58,825 nucleotides of DNA from Chloroflexota bacterium. Lineage in GTDB: Bacteria > Chloroflexota > UBA5177. Position 1 is the stretch's first letter. Each line of letters opens with the position of its first letter. Location: the NCBI GenBank assembly GCA_025966365.1, contig JAICWV010000003.1:1-58825 (forward strand). The letters are read 5' to 3'. Positions 27,899-39,087 of the stretch are shown piece after piece. Position numbers and translations under genes: made by a program. The notes below the pieces were generated by a model. The model was not told the origin of the DNA. It saw only the letters and a program-made list of their open reading frames with translations, and searched no databases.

Positions 27899-29074
27899 TC
27901 AGCTCATCCCGCTCTGCACCTCGTCCAGGGCGTCCATACATCGCTCGACGTCGTCACGCGTGTTGTAGAAGTGCGGTGAGACGCGTAGCAGACCGGGCCG
28001 GTAATCAACGGTGAAGCCTCGGCGCAATAGCTCCGCCACGCTGTCCTGCGGCTGCTTGATCTCCAGCATCACGATGCCGCCGCGGCCATCGCCTAGCAGC
28101 GGCGAGCGGATTCCGTAGCCTGCCCGTTGGGCGCGAGTGATCACGCAATCGGTCAGAAATTTCAGTCGCGAGTAGATGCGGTCGGGCCTCGCCTCCAGAA
28201 TCATATCCATGCCTTCCACTCCGGCGTAGGCAGTTGCCACGGCTGGAGTTCCCAACTCGAGCCGGTTCGCAGTATCCGGCCAGACGAGATCGAGCGGGTC
28301 GAATGCAAATTGGTCCGCCGACGAAAACCACCCGGTAATGGACGGCTGCAATTGAGAAATGAGCTCTTCTCGAACGTAGATGAAGGTGAGGCCGGGACCG
28401 CCGAGCAGCCACTTCAGCGTACCGCCCACATAGAAATCGACGCCCAGGTCTTTCACATTCACCGGCAGGACGCCGACCGCGTGGTAGCCGTCCACCACGA
28501 TCCTGGCGCCGGCCGCGTGCGCGAGCTCCGAAAGCTGCGGAATCGGCATGATGGCCCCCGTGTTGTACAGGACGTGCGACACGGCGACGAAGGAGACCCG
28601 CGAGTCGATCAATCCGGAGAAACTGTCCACGGGGAAGGTCACGCGGTCGAGAGAACGTGCAAACCGCACGTTTACCCCCTCCCGTCCCTTCGCCAGCCAC
28701 TGGTAGGGGATGGTGGGAAAGTCGAGTTCAGCGCACACGACAGCGTTGCGCTCGTTGTAGGCGGCGGTGCTGGCGATCGAGGAAAGGGCCGAGGAGATGG
28801 AGTGGCTGATGGTGACCTCGTGCGTGCCCGCGCCGATGAGACGAGCGAACCGCTCTCTGGCCTCATTGAGCTTGGGAAGCCACGTCAGCCACCACGCGGG
28901 CGCTCCGTACCGGGACCAGTCCTCCCGGTACCGGTCCAGCGCATCAAAGACGCGGACGCTTGGCGGCCCGAGCGAGCAGCTATTGAGGTAGGTGGTGTGC
29001 TCAAAGATGGGGAACTCCGCCCGATAGCGCGCCGCATCCTCCTCGTCGATCGTCGCCGACACCGTCTGACTCAT
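27899..29074 (-). CDS. Class V PLP-dependent aminotransferase (kynureninase-like)
   Basis: YLNSCSLGP, ELDFPT, VDGYHAVG, GGTLKWLLGGPG (PLP Lys), LRVSPHFYNT. ATG 29074 has a GGAGG SD. Confidence 0.85.
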   Translation of the reverse strand: MSQTVSATIDEEDAARYRAEFPIFEHTTYLNSCSLGPPSVRVFDALDRYREDWSRYGAPAWWLTWLPKLNEARERFARLIGAGTHEVTISHSISSALSSIASTAAYNERNAVVCAELDFPTIPYQWLAKGREGVNVRFARSLDRVTFPVDSFSGLIDSRVSFVAVSHVLYNTGAIMPIPQLSELAHAAGARIVVDGYHAVGVLPVNVKDLGVDFYVGGTLKWLLGGPGLTFIYVREELISQLQPSITGWFSSADQFAFDPLDLVWPDTANRLELGTPAVATAYAGVEGMDMILEARPDRIYSRLKFLTDCVITRAQRAGYGIRSPLLGDGRGGIVMLEIKQPQDSVAELLRRGFTVDYRPGLLRVSPHFYNTRDDVERCMDALDEVQSGMS

Positions 29075-29123
29075 GGCTTTGCCCTCCAACCGGAGGATAG
29101 CAACGGCTGCGATAGAGTTAGAC

Positions 29124-29465
29124 GTGGATGATGTCATTGCCGTGGTCCCGGACCTGTTCTTCCAGTCGCGGATCAGCGCTGCTGCACGCCGGCTGGGACG
29201 AGCCGTGCGCTACACCACGCCGGAAGCTGTGGGTGTTGGAGATTTCCGCCTTGCCCTCATTGACCTCGACGCCGCACCGGACATCGCGTCGACGATCGTT
29301 CGGATCCGGGGGATGGGAAGCGGACAGGTAGTCGTCTTCGGTCCCCACGTGGACACGGAGCGGCGCAAGCTGGCCAGGCGGGCGGGTGCCGACAGAGTGC
29401 TGGCAAAATCAAAGTTTGTCACCGATCTGGCCTCAATTCTTGGCGCGGGCCGCGGCGAGGCGTGA
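29124..29465 (+). CDS. Atypical single-domain receiver (CheY-like) protein
   Basis: VVPDLFFQSRI, ALIDLD, VFGPHVD, ARRAGADRVLAKS. Confidence 0.65.
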   Translation: MDDVIAVVPDLFFQSRISAAARRLGRAVRYTTPEAVGVGDFRLALIDLDAAPDIASTIVRIRGMGSGQVVVFGPHVDTERRKLARRAGADRVLAKSKFVTDLASILGAGRGEA

Positions 29466-29947
29466 AAGACTGGCGAACCGAACAGTACCGGTGGGCGAGG
29501 CGGCTGGGCAGGATCACCGTCCGGGTCGCGGCGGCGCTCACTCTTGGGCGGATGCCGTCGTTTGTCTCGACATCGGCGGTGGTGGTGCGGGGCAGCAAGC
29601 TGCTGGTTGTCATCGATCCTATTCGGGACGAGCCGGTGCTTCCCGGCGGCCATCTGAAATGGGACGAGGATCCGCGCGACGCGGTGGTGCGCGAAGTGCG
29701 GGAGGAGACGGGCGTAACCGTGTATCCGACCGGTATCGTGGGGGTATTCTCCGGACGGAAGTGGGCCGGGGAGCGCGGGATCGTGCGGGTCATTTATCGA
29801 GCCGAACCGGGCAATGGGACGCTGAGGTCGTCGCCGGAAGGAGAAGCTCGTTGGGTACCGCTGGATGAAATCGCGCATTCCGGCACCCGAGATGCGGCTA
29901 TCCTCCTGATCCACCTCGAGCAGACGTCGCGCGCCGCGGTTCCCTAG
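29462..29947 (+). CDS. NUDIX hydrolase
   Basis: Nudix box LPGGHLKWDEDPRDAVVREVREETG. Confidence 0.88.
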   Translation: MKDWRTEQYRWARRLGRITVRVAAALTLGRMPSFVSTSAVVVRGSKLLVVIDPIRDEPVLPGGHLKWDEDPRDAVVREVREETGVTVYPTGIVGVFSGRKWAGERGIVRVIYRAEPGNGTLRSSPEGEARWVPLDEIAHSGTRDAAILLIHLEQTSRAAVP

Positions 29948-29966
29948 CGCGGGTGGATGACGGCTC

Positions 29967-30713
29967 ATGAGGGTGATGACCCTCAACATGTGGAACTACG
30001 AGTCAGGCTGGGAGACGCGTCGCGCCGCGATCGTTCAGATCATCGGGGACTACCTGCCGGACGTGATCGCACTCCAGGAGGCCAGGCATGATTTCCGCTT
30101 CGAGCGTGGAGTCGGACAGGGCGAACAAATCGCCGGCCGAACAAACTATACGGCCATAAGCGCCGTTTCCCAGGTCTATGTCCCCTTTCCGCGCATAGAC
30201 GAGGGGCTGGCAGTGCTCGCCCGCGACGCCCCGATACGCTCAAGGGTGCATCCGTTTACCCTCCATGCGCACCGCAGGGCCGACGAGAATCACCGCATTT
30301 GTCTCTCGATCACTGTCGACCGCGGCGGGACCGCCGTGCACGTGTTCGACACGCACTTTTCACTCGACCCCGTCGCTCGGCTCTCCAATGCGCACGAGCT
30401 TGCCGACCTGGTCGACCGGGTCGCGGGAGCGCAGCCAGCCGTGATCATGGGCGATCTGAACGCCGAGCCGGGGTCTCCGGAAATCGAATATCTGACTAGT
30501 GACGCCGGGTTTCTGGACATCTGGCCGGCTGCGCATGGAGAAGAGCCCGGCTTCACGTACGCCAGCTTCCATCCCGTGCGGCGCATTGACTTTATTCTTG
30601 TCAAGAACATGCCCGCCGGCTTCGTTTCGGCCCGATTGGTCGGCACGCAGCCGCTCGACGGTATCTACCCTTCGGACCATCTGGGAGTGGTTGCCGACCT
30701 GCCCCTGCCGTGA
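29967..30713 (+). CDS. Endonuclease/exonuclease/phosphatase family protein
   Basis: MTLNMW, DVIALQE, THF, MGDLNAEP, RIDFI, PSDHLGV. Confidence 0.9.
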   Translation: MRVMTLNMWNYESGWETRRAAIVQIIGDYLPDVIALQEARHDFRFERGVGQGEQIAGRTNYTAISAVSQVYVPFPRIDEGLAVLARDAPIRSRVHPFTLHAHRRADENHRICLSITVDRGGTAVHVFDTHFSLDPVARLSNAHELADLVDRVAGAQPAVIMGDLNAEPGSPEIEYLTSDAGFLDIWPAAHGEEPGFTYASFHPVRRIDFILVKNMPAGFVSARLVGTQPLDGIYPSDHLGVVADLPLP

Positions 30714-30765
30714 CTTCCACAATCTCGTATCCTGATCTGCGCACTACCGCTAGAAGTGAGTTGTT

Positions 30766-32583
30766 ATGACTGCTGCTCAGACTGCCCCGCGCTGGGACAT
30801 GAGCGTCGTCTTCCCCGGACTGAACTCCGACGAATTTCGCGACGAGTTTGCCGACGTGCTCGCCGCGATTGACGCCCTCGCGCATCTCTTCGACCAGCTT
30901 CAGATCGGGCCACGGGACCACACTGACGTCGACGCGGATACGGTAGATGCGTTTGACACAGTCATGGAGCAGTGCGGCCGGCTCATTGAGCGCGTGCAGA
31001 CGCTCAGTGCCTACATCGGCGCCTTTATCAGCACCGACTCGCGAGACACGGCCGCGCAGGCACGGATGAGCGAGCTGCAGCAGCACCTGGTCCGGCTTTC
31101 CCAGTTGCAGACGCGTTTTCTCGGCTGGATCGGCTCCCTCGACATCGGAGCCCTGATCGATCAGTCACCGGTGGCCTCGGACCACTCATACATGCTGCTC
31201 AAAGCGCAGGTCAGCTCTGAGCACCTTATGCCGCAGGGAGAGGAGGATCTTGCTGCCGAGCTGTCGCCGAGCGGAGGGGCGGCGTGGGGCAAGCTCCACG
31301 GCACATTGACATCACAGCTTACGGTCTCTGTCGAGCTCAAGGGTGAGAAGGCGGAACTGCCGATGAGTGTTGTGCGGAACCTGGCGATGGACGCGGACCG
31401 AGAGACCCGGCGCATTGCCTATGAGGCGGAGCTAGCGAGCTGGGCGCGCACCGCGGTCCCGCTGGCGGCGGCGCTCAACAGTGTCAAGGGAGAAACGAAC
31501 ACGCTGGATGACCGCCGCGGCTGGGAGTCGGTGCTGGATGTTTCGCTTTTCAATGGCAGCATCGACCGGCAGACGCTGGACGCCATGCTGAAAGCGGCCC
31601 GCGCCTCGTTTCCTGACTTTCGACGCTATCTCCGCGCCAAGGCCCGTGCTCTGGGTTTTCCGTTACTCACGTGGTATGACCTGTTCGCTCCGCTCGGACA
31701 GGATGAACGGTCATGGGACTTCGACTCGGCGCAGGAGTTCTTGCTGGATCAGTTCGGGGCGTATTCTGATCGGCTCCGCGCGTTTGCTGAGCGCGCGTTT
31801 CGGGAGCGCTGGATTGACGCCGAGCCGCGCGAAGGTAAGCGGGACGGCGCCTTCTGCATGCTGCTGCGCCGGGACGAGTCGCGCATCCTGTCCAACTTCG
31901 TCCCTACCTACGACGGCATGACTACCCTGGCACACGAGCTGGGCCACGCCTATCACAATTACAACCTGGCCCAACGCAGTCCGTTCCAGCGCTCTAACCC
32001 CATGACACTCGCCGAAACCGCCAGCATATTTTGCGAAACGATCGTGGAGCAGGCTGCCCTGGAGGGAGCCGGCCAGTCGGAGCGCCTGGCCATCCTGGAA
32101 TCGGCGCTCCAGGGCGCAACGCAGGTGGTCGTCGATATCTCGAGCCGGTTCATCTTTGAGACCGAAGTCCTGCAGCGTCGACGGAACCGAGAGCTGTCCG
32201 TCGACGAGCTGAATGCGCTCATGGTTGAGGCGCAGCAGGAAACATATGGAGACGGGCTGGATCAGACTGTCCTGCACCCCTACATGTGGGCGGTCAAAGG
32301 GCACTACTACAGCACGGCGCGAGCCTACTATAACTTCCCGTACATGTTCGGCCTTCTGTTCGGCCTCGGGCTCTACGCGCGGTACGAGGAGGATCCCGAC
32401 ACCTTCCGGGCCGGATATGACGATCTCCTGTCCTCAACTACTCTGGCGGACGCTGCTACCCTTGCCGCCCGGTTCGGCATGGACATTACCACTCCGGACT
32501 TCTGGGATGCGAGTCTGGATGTGATCCGGCGGAAAGTGGACGAGTTCGAACGCCTGGTAGATGCTGCCGCATCGGGCGTGTGA
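30766..32583 (+). CDS. pepF: M3 family oligoendopeptidase F
   Basis: GKRDGAFC, HELGHAYH (HExxH), LAETASIFCE, YYNFPYMFG. Confidence 0.9.
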   Translation: MTAAQTAPRWDMSVVFPGLNSDEFRDEFADVLAAIDALAHLFDQLQIGPRDHTDVDADTVDAFDTVMEQCGRLIERVQTLSAYIGAFISTDSRDTAAQARMSELQQHLVRLSQLQTRFLGWIGSLDIGALIDQSPVASDHSYMLLKAQVSSEHLMPQGEEDLAAELSPSGGAAWGKLHGTLTSQLTVSVELKGEKAELPMSVVRNLAMDADRETRRIAYEAELASWARTAVPLAAALNSVKGETNTLDDRRGWESVLDVSLFNGSIDRQTLDAMLKAARASFPDFRRYLRAKARALGFPLLTWYDLFAPLGQDERSWDFDSAQEFLLDQFGAYSDRLRAFAERAFRERWIDAEPREGKRDGAFCMLLRRDESRILSNFVPTYDGMTTLAHELGHAYHNYNLAQRSPFQRSNPMTLAETASIFCETIVEQAALEGAGQSERLAILESALQGATQVVVDISSRFIFETEVLQRRRNRELSVDELNALMVEAQQETYGDGLDQTVLHPYMWAVKGHYYSTARAYYNFPYMFGLLFGLGLYARYEEDPDTFRAGYDDLLSSTTLADAATLAARFGMDITTPDFWDASLDVIRRKVDEFERLVDAAASGV

Positions 32584-32672
32584 AACGAGGGACAGGTTCT
32601 CCCCGCACGAAGACAGTCAGGTTTGTGCCGATGTCGGGGGAGTGCCCATAATGCCGCACCAGGAGGCCCGGA

Positions 32673-32981
32673 TTGACTGACGAGTATTTCTCGACGCACA
32701 CCTACGAGCTTGATCCGGAGCGCTGGATCACGGTGGAAATCTCGCGCCGCTGGCCCAAGTACGTGGCGACCTGGTCGATCCGGCAGCGAGCCGGAGAGAG
32801 CGACTTCCCGCTGGCCTCGGGAGAGCTGGAGCGTATGCCACCCGGAAACCCCGGGGACATCGAGGCTGAGCTTGACGAGCTGAGGGAGCAGGCGCGACAG
32901 GTGGCCCGGGCTGCTCTGCCCCAGGAACAGCCAACCGAAACACACAGTCGGGGGTTCTTCAGCCGGCTCTTCGGCGGGTGA
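32673..32981 (+). CDS. Hypothetical protein with a C-terminal amphipathic tail
   Basis: AGGAGG SD with TTG start. Ends in RGFFSRLFGG. Confidence 0.6.
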   Translation: MTDEYFSTHTYELDPERWITVEISRRWPKYVATWSIRQRAGESDFPLASGELERMPPGNPGDIEAELDELREQARQVARAALPQEQPTETHSRGFFSRLFGG

Positions 32982-33519
32982 GTTTTCGCATGTGTCGCCG
33001 CCAGCCCTCTTGTTGACGTCCGCCTTCGGGCACCTGTGCTTCGATAGGCGGTATCTCCGATGCGAGCCGCTCCAGGGTTTCGGCCAGCGGGAACGGCCGG
33101 CGATGCAGGGCATCTGGAACCATTAAGTTGTGGTCGCGGATCACCCGATTCAGCTCCGGCAAGCGGACGCGCGCCTCTTCAAGCGCGTGCTCGCGGCGCA
33201 AGTTGAAGGCGGACGCATCTCTCTCAGTCACCTGGGGCTCAAGGGCCGTGAGTCTTGCGTGTCTTTGCCGGACCGGCTCCAGCAGTCGCCATACCTCGGC
33301 AATGGCTTCGTCAACGTCGCGGCCCCGCTCGATGAGCGGGTGCGACACTCCTTCTCGGCGCAGTAGCCGGTTCATGAACCAATTCGGGCTCTCGTCGCTC
33401 AGGTCGAGTGGACGGCCCCAAAGCGCGCGCAACTCGTCTCGCTCGCGGGCTTCCTGGAGGAGTTGCTCCTCAATTTCGAGCGCTGCTTCACGCCGTGTGC
33501 GTAATCGTTCCCTGGCCAT
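32959..33519 (-). CDS. DUF1992 (DnaJ-family-associated) domain protein
   Basis: IEEQLLQEARERDEL..L.GRPLDL, NRLLRREG..HPLIE, LNRVIRDHNL.VP. Confidence 0.7.
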   Translation of the reverse strand: MARERLRTRREAALEIEEQLLQEARERDELRALWGRPLDLSDESPNWFMNRLLRREGVSHPLIERGRDVDEAIAEVWRLLEPVRQRHARLTALEPQVTERDASAFNLRREHALEEARVRLPELNRVIRDHNLMVPDALHRRPFPLAETLERLASEIPPIEAQVPEGGRQQEGWRRHMRKLTRRRAG

Positions 33520-33580
33520 GACTGTCCAACCCAGGATAATCGGTGTGCAGGCTGAACAAAGAAGTAGGAGGGATGGAACC

Positions 33581-33889
33581 ATGATGACGGTTGTCACGGA
33601 GATTGAGATCACGTCGGGGCAGGAGCCGCGGTGGGACGCGGCCTTTCGCGATCGGCTGGAGGACGCGCCCAACCAGCCCGGCTGGGTCGCAATTCAGCTC
33701 GTGATTCCGCTCGACGCGGCCAATAAGCGCGTGGTGATCGGGACCTGGGAGAGCCGTGCTGACTGGGAAGCGTGGCACAACACTGATGTGTTCAAGTCGA
33801 CCCGCGATCGTTTGAATGAGGTTGAGCAGACGAGTAGCGAGGAGGCCTGGTATGAGGTGATTGACTTTCGCTCCATTGCTCGCCAGTGA
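33581..33889 (+). CDS. Antibiotic biosynthesis monooxygenase (ABM) family protein
   Basis: QPGWVAIQL, VIGTWESRADWEAWHNTDVF. AGGAGG SD. Confidence 0.85.
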   Translation: MMTVVTEIEITSGQEPRWDAAFRDRLEDAPNQPGWVAIQLVIPLDAANKRVVIGTWESRADWEAWHNTDVFKSTRDRLNEVEQTSSEEAWYEVIDFRSIARQ

Positions 33890-35091
33890 CGGTACAGGGC
33901 ACCCAGGACGCGCTGATCACGATCAACGCCGGCTCCTCCAGCGTCAAGGCTGCGGTGTATGATGCGACGCGCGTCGAAATTCCGCTCTGCCGCATTTCGA
34001 TTGAGCACGTCGGCGTCGGCGCCGGGGTGCGGGTGTCGGATGGCGACGGATTGTTGATCGACGAGCGCACGCTGGCTGGTGCGGGGTTTGAAGCGGCGAT
34101 AAAGGCTGTGGTCAGGGTGGCTGCCGCTCAGGGTTTTGCGCATCCGGAGGCAGTTGGTCACCGGATCGTGCACGGCGGCCCTCACCACGCCGGCCCACAA
34201 GCGGTGACGCCCGATCTGCTGTCCGAGCTGCGCGGTTTGGTGCCCATCGACCCCGAGCATCTCCCGCAAGCACTCGCCGCTATCCAGACGATGCAGGAAG
34301 CCTTCCCGGAGGCGTTGCACGTCGCGGCCTTTGATACGGCATTTCACCGCGCCATGCCCCGGGTTGCCCAGCTCTATGGGCTCCCAGTTGACCTGGCGGA
34401 CGAGGGCATCGTGCGCTACGGGTTCCACGGCCTGTCGTACGAATCGATCGTTACCCAGCTCCGGGGGCTTGGGGATCTGCCGGAACGTGTCGTCGTCGCG
34501 CACCTCGGCAATGGCTCGAGCATCGCCGCGATATACCGGGGCCGGAGCACAGACACGACCATGGGGTTCAGCCCCACCAGCGGGTTGGTCATGGGTACGC
34601 GGTCGGGAGATGTTGATCCCAGTGCGGTTCTCTACCTGCTGGAGTCGCGAGGACTCGCTCCTCCCGCCGTTCGAGGCATGCTCAACCGTGAATCCGGACT
34701 GCTCGGACTGTCCGGCATGAGCAGCGACATGCGAGCGCTACTGGAGGCGGCGGCGACGAATACGCGGGCCAATCTGGCGGTTGATGTGTACTGCTATGTC
34801 GCTCGCAAATTTGTGGTGTCGATGGCGGCGGCAATGGGAGGACTGGACGGTGTGGTGTTCACGGGGGGAATAGGCGAACATGGAGCGGAGGTACGCAGGC
34901 GCATCTGTTCTCAGCTCGGCTTTCTGGGAATATCCCTGGACGACGAGCGGAACCAGGAGAATGCGCCCGTCATCTCGAGCCAGAGCGGCATGACCGTGCG
35001 CGTCATGCACACGGACGAAGAGGCAGTGATTGCCCGGCATACGGCAGAAATTTTGAGTAGGGAGAACGGGCCGGACCATGTACGCATTTGA
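33886..35091 (+). CDS. ackA: Acetate/propionate kinase
   Basis: [62 protein letters not shown]. Confidence 0.93.
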   Translation: MTVQGTQDALITINAGSSSVKAAVYDATRVEIPLCRISIEHVGVGAGVRVSDGDGLLIDERTLAGAGFEAAIKAVVRVAAAQGFAHPEAVGHRIVHGGPHHAGPQAVTPDLLSELRGLVPIDPEHLPQALAAIQTMQEAFPEALHVAAFDTAFHRAMPRVAQLYGLPVDLADEGIVRYGFHGLSYESIVTQLRGLGDLPERVVVAHLGNGSSIAAIYRGRSTDTTMGFSPTSGLVMGTRSGDVDPSAVLYLLESRGLAPPAVRGMLNRESGLLGLSGMSSDMRALLEAAATNTRANLAVDVYCYVARKFVVSMAAAMGGLDGVVFTGGIGEHGAEVRRRICSQLGFLGISLDDERNQENAPVISSQSGMTVRVMHTDEEAVIARHTAEILSRENGPDHVRI

Positions 35092-37522
35092 TACGCGCAT
35101 CTCCAGCCAGGTCGAGTCGAATGGAGCAGTAGCGGAACTGGCGCCGGTCGAAGGACCGCTGAGCTCGACACAGCTCGAGCTCATGAATCGCTACTGGATG
35201 GCCGCTAACTACCTGACTGTCGGCCAGATCTATCTTCTGTCGAATCCACTCCTCCGCTATCCGCTGCGGTCGGAGGACATCAAGCCCCGATTGCTTGGAC
35301 ACTGGGGCACCTCTCCGGGCCTCAGCCTGATTTACGTCCACCTGAACCGTCTGATTACAGAGCGAGATGCCAACATCATGTACCTGGCGGGACCGGGACA
35401 CGGTGGTCCGGCCATCGTATCCAACGTGTATCTGGAAGGGACGTATTCGGAGATCTACCCGACCGTCACTCAAGACGTGGAAGGAATGCGGCACCTGTTC
35501 CGCCGATTTTCCACCCCGGGCGGCATTCCCAGCCATGTGAGCGTGCAGACCCCCGGATCCATCCACGAGGGAGGGGAGCTCGGATACGTCCTTACTCACG
35601 CATTTGGCGCCGCCTGGGACAATCCGGACCTCCTGGTGGTGGCGGTGGTGGGCGATGGCGAAGCGGAGACCGGCCCGCTGGCCGCGTCCTGGAAGAGTAC
35701 CTACTTCCTCAATCCGGCACGCGACGGAGCGGTCCTGCCAATCCTGCACCTCAATGGCTACAAGATCGCAAGCCCCACCGTGCTGGGACGGAGCTCAGAT
35801 GATGACGTGCGCCAGCTGATCGAAAGCAACAGCTACGAGGTGTTCTTCGTTGAAGGGGATGACCCGGCCCGGGTTCACCAGCAATTGGCTGCCACGCTGG
35901 ATACCTGCTATGAGAGGATCCGCGCGATCCAGAACGAGGCACGCGCCCATGGGGTGTCGGATCGGCCGCGCTGGCCGGCAATCGTCATGCGGACCCCGAA
36001 AGGGTGGACCGGCCCGCTGGAAGTGGGCGGCGTGCCGGTAGAGGGAACGTTCCGCGCGCACCAGGTTCCGCTGGCCGACGTCAAAACCGACCCGGAGCAG
36101 CTGCGGATGCTCGAAGAGTGGATGCGCAGCTACGGTCCCGACGAGCAGTTCGACCGGGAAGGTCGCCTTGTCCCGGAGCTGGCAGAGCTGTCACCTGAAG
36201 GTGACAGACGCATGGGAGCCAATCCACATGCCAACGGCCGGCCCACCGTGGATCTCAACCTTCCCGATTTCCGCGATTACGCGGTGGACATCACACGCCC
36301 GGCCAGTGAGTATCTCGAGTCCCCTCGCCGGCTGGGAATGATGCTGCGGGATACTTTCTCCCTGAACGCCGATGCCACCGGTTTCCGCATAACCTGTCCC
36401 GATGAACTCAACTCCAACCGCCTGGGCGCGGTCTTTGAGGTCGAGAACAGGTGCTTCGTCGGGCCCACGGTCTCCATCGACGACAAACTCGCTCCAGATG
36501 GACGCATCATGGAGGTGCTGAGCGAGCATCTGTGCGAGGGCTGGCTGGAGGGCTACAACTTGACGGGCCGCCACGGCCTCTACGTGACCTACGAAGCGTT
36601 TGCCATGGTTTCCGCCTCGATGACGGTTCAGCACACGAAGTGGCTGCAGGAGGCAATTCAGCTCTCCTGGCGGAATCCCGTGCCGTCGCTCAACATCATG
36701 CTCACGTCCACCTGCTGGCGGAACGACCATAACGGCTTCAGCCACCAGGGCCCCGGGCTTATTGACGTCATGCTGTCCAAGCGCGGGACCGTTGCCCGCA
36801 TCTACCTTCCCCCCGATGCCAATTGCCTGCTTTCCGTGGCAGACCACTGCTTCCGCAGCCGGAACTATGTGAATCTGATCGTGATTGATAAGCAGCCGCA
36901 ACTTCAGTACCTGCCAATCGGGGATGCCATTGACCACTGCACGCGCGGCGCATCGATCTGGTCATGGGCGGGCAACGAGCAGGGCGTCGAGCCCGACGTG
37001 GTCCTCGCTTGCGCCGGTGATATCCCCGCCATGGAAACCCTGGCGGCCGCGGACTGGCTGCGGCGCCATGTCCCTGAACTACGGCTGCGGGTAGTCAACG
37101 TGGTGGATCTCATGACCCTCTTCCCGCCCGAGGAACATCCGCACGGCATGAACGAGACAGAATTCGTCAACCTGTTTACGGCCGATCGGCCGGTGATCTT
37201 CGCCTTTCACGGCTACCAGCGGGCCATGCACGAGATCCTCCATGGCCGCGTCAATGCCGAGCGGTTCCATGTGCGCGGCTACAAGGAGCAGGGCACCACG
37301 ACCACCCCGTTCTACATGGTCATTCTCAACGGCATGAGCCGCTACCATCTCGCTATCGAAGCGCTGCGGCGTGCCACCCGCATTCGCTATCAGGCGCCCG
37401 GACTGATCGCCCAGCTGGAGAACCAGATCGCCAGAGCGAGTGACTACGCCGAGGAGCATCTGGAGGATGCGCCCGAGATTCGAGACTGGACGTGGGATCA
37501 GCAGGCCCATGTGATGCCGTGA
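35078..37522 (+). CDS. xfp: Phosphoketolase (xylulose-5-phosphate/fructose-6-phosphate)
   Basis: [66 protein letters not shown]. Confidence 0.95.
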   Translation: MYAFDTRISSQVESNGAVAELAPVEGPLSSTQLELMNRYWMAANYLTVGQIYLLSNPLLRYPLRSEDIKPRLLGHWGTSPGLSLIYVHLNRLITERDANIMYLAGPGHGGPAIVSNVYLEGTYSEIYPTVTQDVEGMRHLFRRFSTPGGIPSHVSVQTPGSIHEGGELGYVLTHAFGAAWDNPDLLVVAVVGDGEAETGPLAASWKSTYFLNPARDGAVLPILHLNGYKIASPTVLGRSSDDDVRQLIESNSYEVFFVEGDDPARVHQQLAATLDTCYERIRAIQNEARAHGVSDRPRWPAIVMRTPKGWTGPLEVGGVPVEGTFRAHQVPLADVKTDPEQLRMLEEWMRSYGPDEQFDREGRLVPELAELSPEGDRRMGANPHANGRPTVDLNLPDFRDYAVDITRPASEYLESPRRLGMMLRDTFSLNADATGFRITCPDELNSNRLGAVFEVENRCFVGPTVSIDDKLAPDGRIMEVLSEHLCEGWLEGYNLTGRHGLYVTYEAFAMVSASMTVQHTKWLQEAIQLSWRNPVPSLNIMLTSTCWRNDHNGFSHQGPGLIDVMLSKRGTVARIYLPPDANCLLSVADHCFRSRNYVNLIVIDKQPQLQYLPIGDAIDHCTRGASIWSWAGNEQGVEPDVVLACAGDIPAMETLAAADWLRRHVPELRLRVVNVVDLMTLFPPEEHPHGMNETEFVNLFTADRPVIFAFHGYQRAMHEILHGRVNAERFHVRGYKEQGTTTTPFYMVILNGMSRYHLAIEALRRATRIRYQAPGLIAQLENQIARASDYAEEHLEDAPEIRDWTWDQQAHVMP

Positions 37523-37609
37523 ACCGATGGACCAGGCACGGCGCTCTGATAGAATGATCCGCTAATTTGGCTCCAGTGCTGGTATTGGGGCCGCTGGTAT
37601 GAGGGACGG

Positions 37610-38695
37610 GTGGAGAAAAGGACGCCGCTCTACGCCGAGCACGTACAGGCCGGAGCGCGGATGGTCCCTTTCGGGGGATACGTCATGCCCCTGCAGTACA
37701 CGGGCATCATCCCGGAGCACCGGGCGGTACGCGAGGCAGCCGGGCTCTTTGACCTCTCGCACATGGGCGAGTTTCGGGTCTCGGGTCCGGGCGCCGTGCA
37801 GGCGATCGATGGACTTGTCACCAATGACATCGCCGATCTCGGGGTCGGACAGGTGCGCTATACGCCCATGACCTACCCTGATGGCGGCATCGTGGACGAT
37901 CTCCTTGTGTATCGATTTGCAGATCATCTGATGCTGGTGGTCAATGCGGCCAACATCGAGAAAGACTTCGATTGGATTAGCAAGCATCTCCCCGAAGGAG
38001 TCGAGTTGCGGGACGAGAGCGATGCAACCGCGCTCATCGCTATCCAGGGTCCGCGCGCGGAGAAGATCCTGCAGCCGCTGACGGAGACTGATCTGACCGG
38101 CATACCCTACTACCACTTTGTAGAGGGGCAGGTTGCCGGTATCGGGAGCGTGATATCGCGGACCGGGTACACGGGTGAAGACGGCTTCGAGCTCTATGTC
38201 TCCGCCCGTGAGGCACCAGCGGTATGGACGGCGTTGCGGGAAGCTGGGGCCGGTCTGGTGCCGGTGGGACTGGGAGCGAGGGACACGCTACGACTGGAGG
38301 CCGCGTACATGCTCTACGGGAACGACATCGACGCCACCACATCTCCACTGGAAGCGGGTCTGGGATGGACCGTGAAGTTTGGTCCGCGGGACTTCCTGGG
38401 GCGAGAGGTGATGGAGAGTCAGAAGGCGGCCGGGCTCTCGCGCCGGCTGGTGCAGGTAGAGATGATGGACCGGGCTATACCTCGCCCGCATTACACAGTC
38501 TGGGCCGGAGGGGAGCAGGTCGGCGAGCTGACCAGCGGAACCTTTTCCCCGACATTCGGGCGGGGGGTCGGCCTGGGGTATGTTCGTGCTGAGTATGCGA
38601 AACCCGGAACGCAGCTGGAGATCGAGGTGCGGGGCGAGCGGCACCCCGCGCGGGTAGTAAAGAAGCCGTTATACCGTCGAGAAGGAGCCCGATGA
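37610..38695 (+). CDS. gcvT: Glycine cleavage system T protein
   Basis: KRTPLY, GLFDLSHMGE, SRTGYTGEDGFE, GLGARDTLRLEA. Confidence 0.96.
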   Translation: MEKRTPLYAEHVQAGARMVPFGGYVMPLQYTGIIPEHRAVREAAGLFDLSHMGEFRVSGPGAVQAIDGLVTNDIADLGVGQVRYTPMTYPDGGIVDDLLVYRFADHLMLVVNAANIEKDFDWISKHLPEGVELRDESDATALIAIQGPRAEKILQPLTETDLTGIPYYHFVEGQVAGIGSVISRTGYTGEDGFELYVSAREAPAVWTALREAGAGLVPVGLGARDTLRLEAAYMLYGNDIDATTSPLEAGLGWTVKFGPRDFLGREVMESQKAAGLSRRLVQVEMMDRAIPRPHYTVWAGGEQVGELTSGTFSPTFGRGVGLGYVRAEYAKPGTQLEIEVRGERHPARVVKKPLYRREGAR

Positions 38696-39087
38696 TGGCA
38701 GGAGACTATCCAGACGACCTTCGCTACACCACATCCGATGAGTGGGTCCGCCGCGAGGGAGACGAAATGGTCTCCGGGATCACCTCCTTTGCAGCGGAGC
38801 AGTTGGGAGACGTTGTCTATCTTCAGCTGCCCGAGAGCGGGAATCACTACGATGCCGGCCAGACCTATGGCGAGATCGAATCTGTGAAGGCGGTGTCCGA
38901 CCTGTATTTTCCGCTCGCCGGAACTGTTGCCGCCGCCAACGCAGACCTGGACCAGAATCCGGGACTGGTCAATGAGGAGCCCTACGGGCTGGGCTGGATG
39001 CTTCGATTCCGGCCCGATAATCCAGGAGACTACGATTCACTGCTCTCGGCTCAGGACTACGAGCAGTCTACAAAGGATCGCCATTAA
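38692..39087 (+). CDS. gcvH: Glycine cleavage system H protein
   Basis: GITSFAAEQLGDVVY, IESVKAVSD (lipoyl-Lys), VNEEPYG.GW. Confidence 0.96.
   Translation: MMAGDYPDDLRYTTSDEWVRREGDEMVSGITSFAAEQLGDVVYLQLPESGNHYDAGQTYGEIESVKAVSDLYFPLAGTVAAANADLDQNPGLVNEEPYGLGWMLRFRPDNPGDYDSLLSAQDYEQSTKDRH

Noticed and set aside
37523-37609. Glycine riboswitch upstream of gcvT
   Set aside because: Only 87 nt, with no GGAGA...CCGAAG...CUCUCAGG aptamer motifs.
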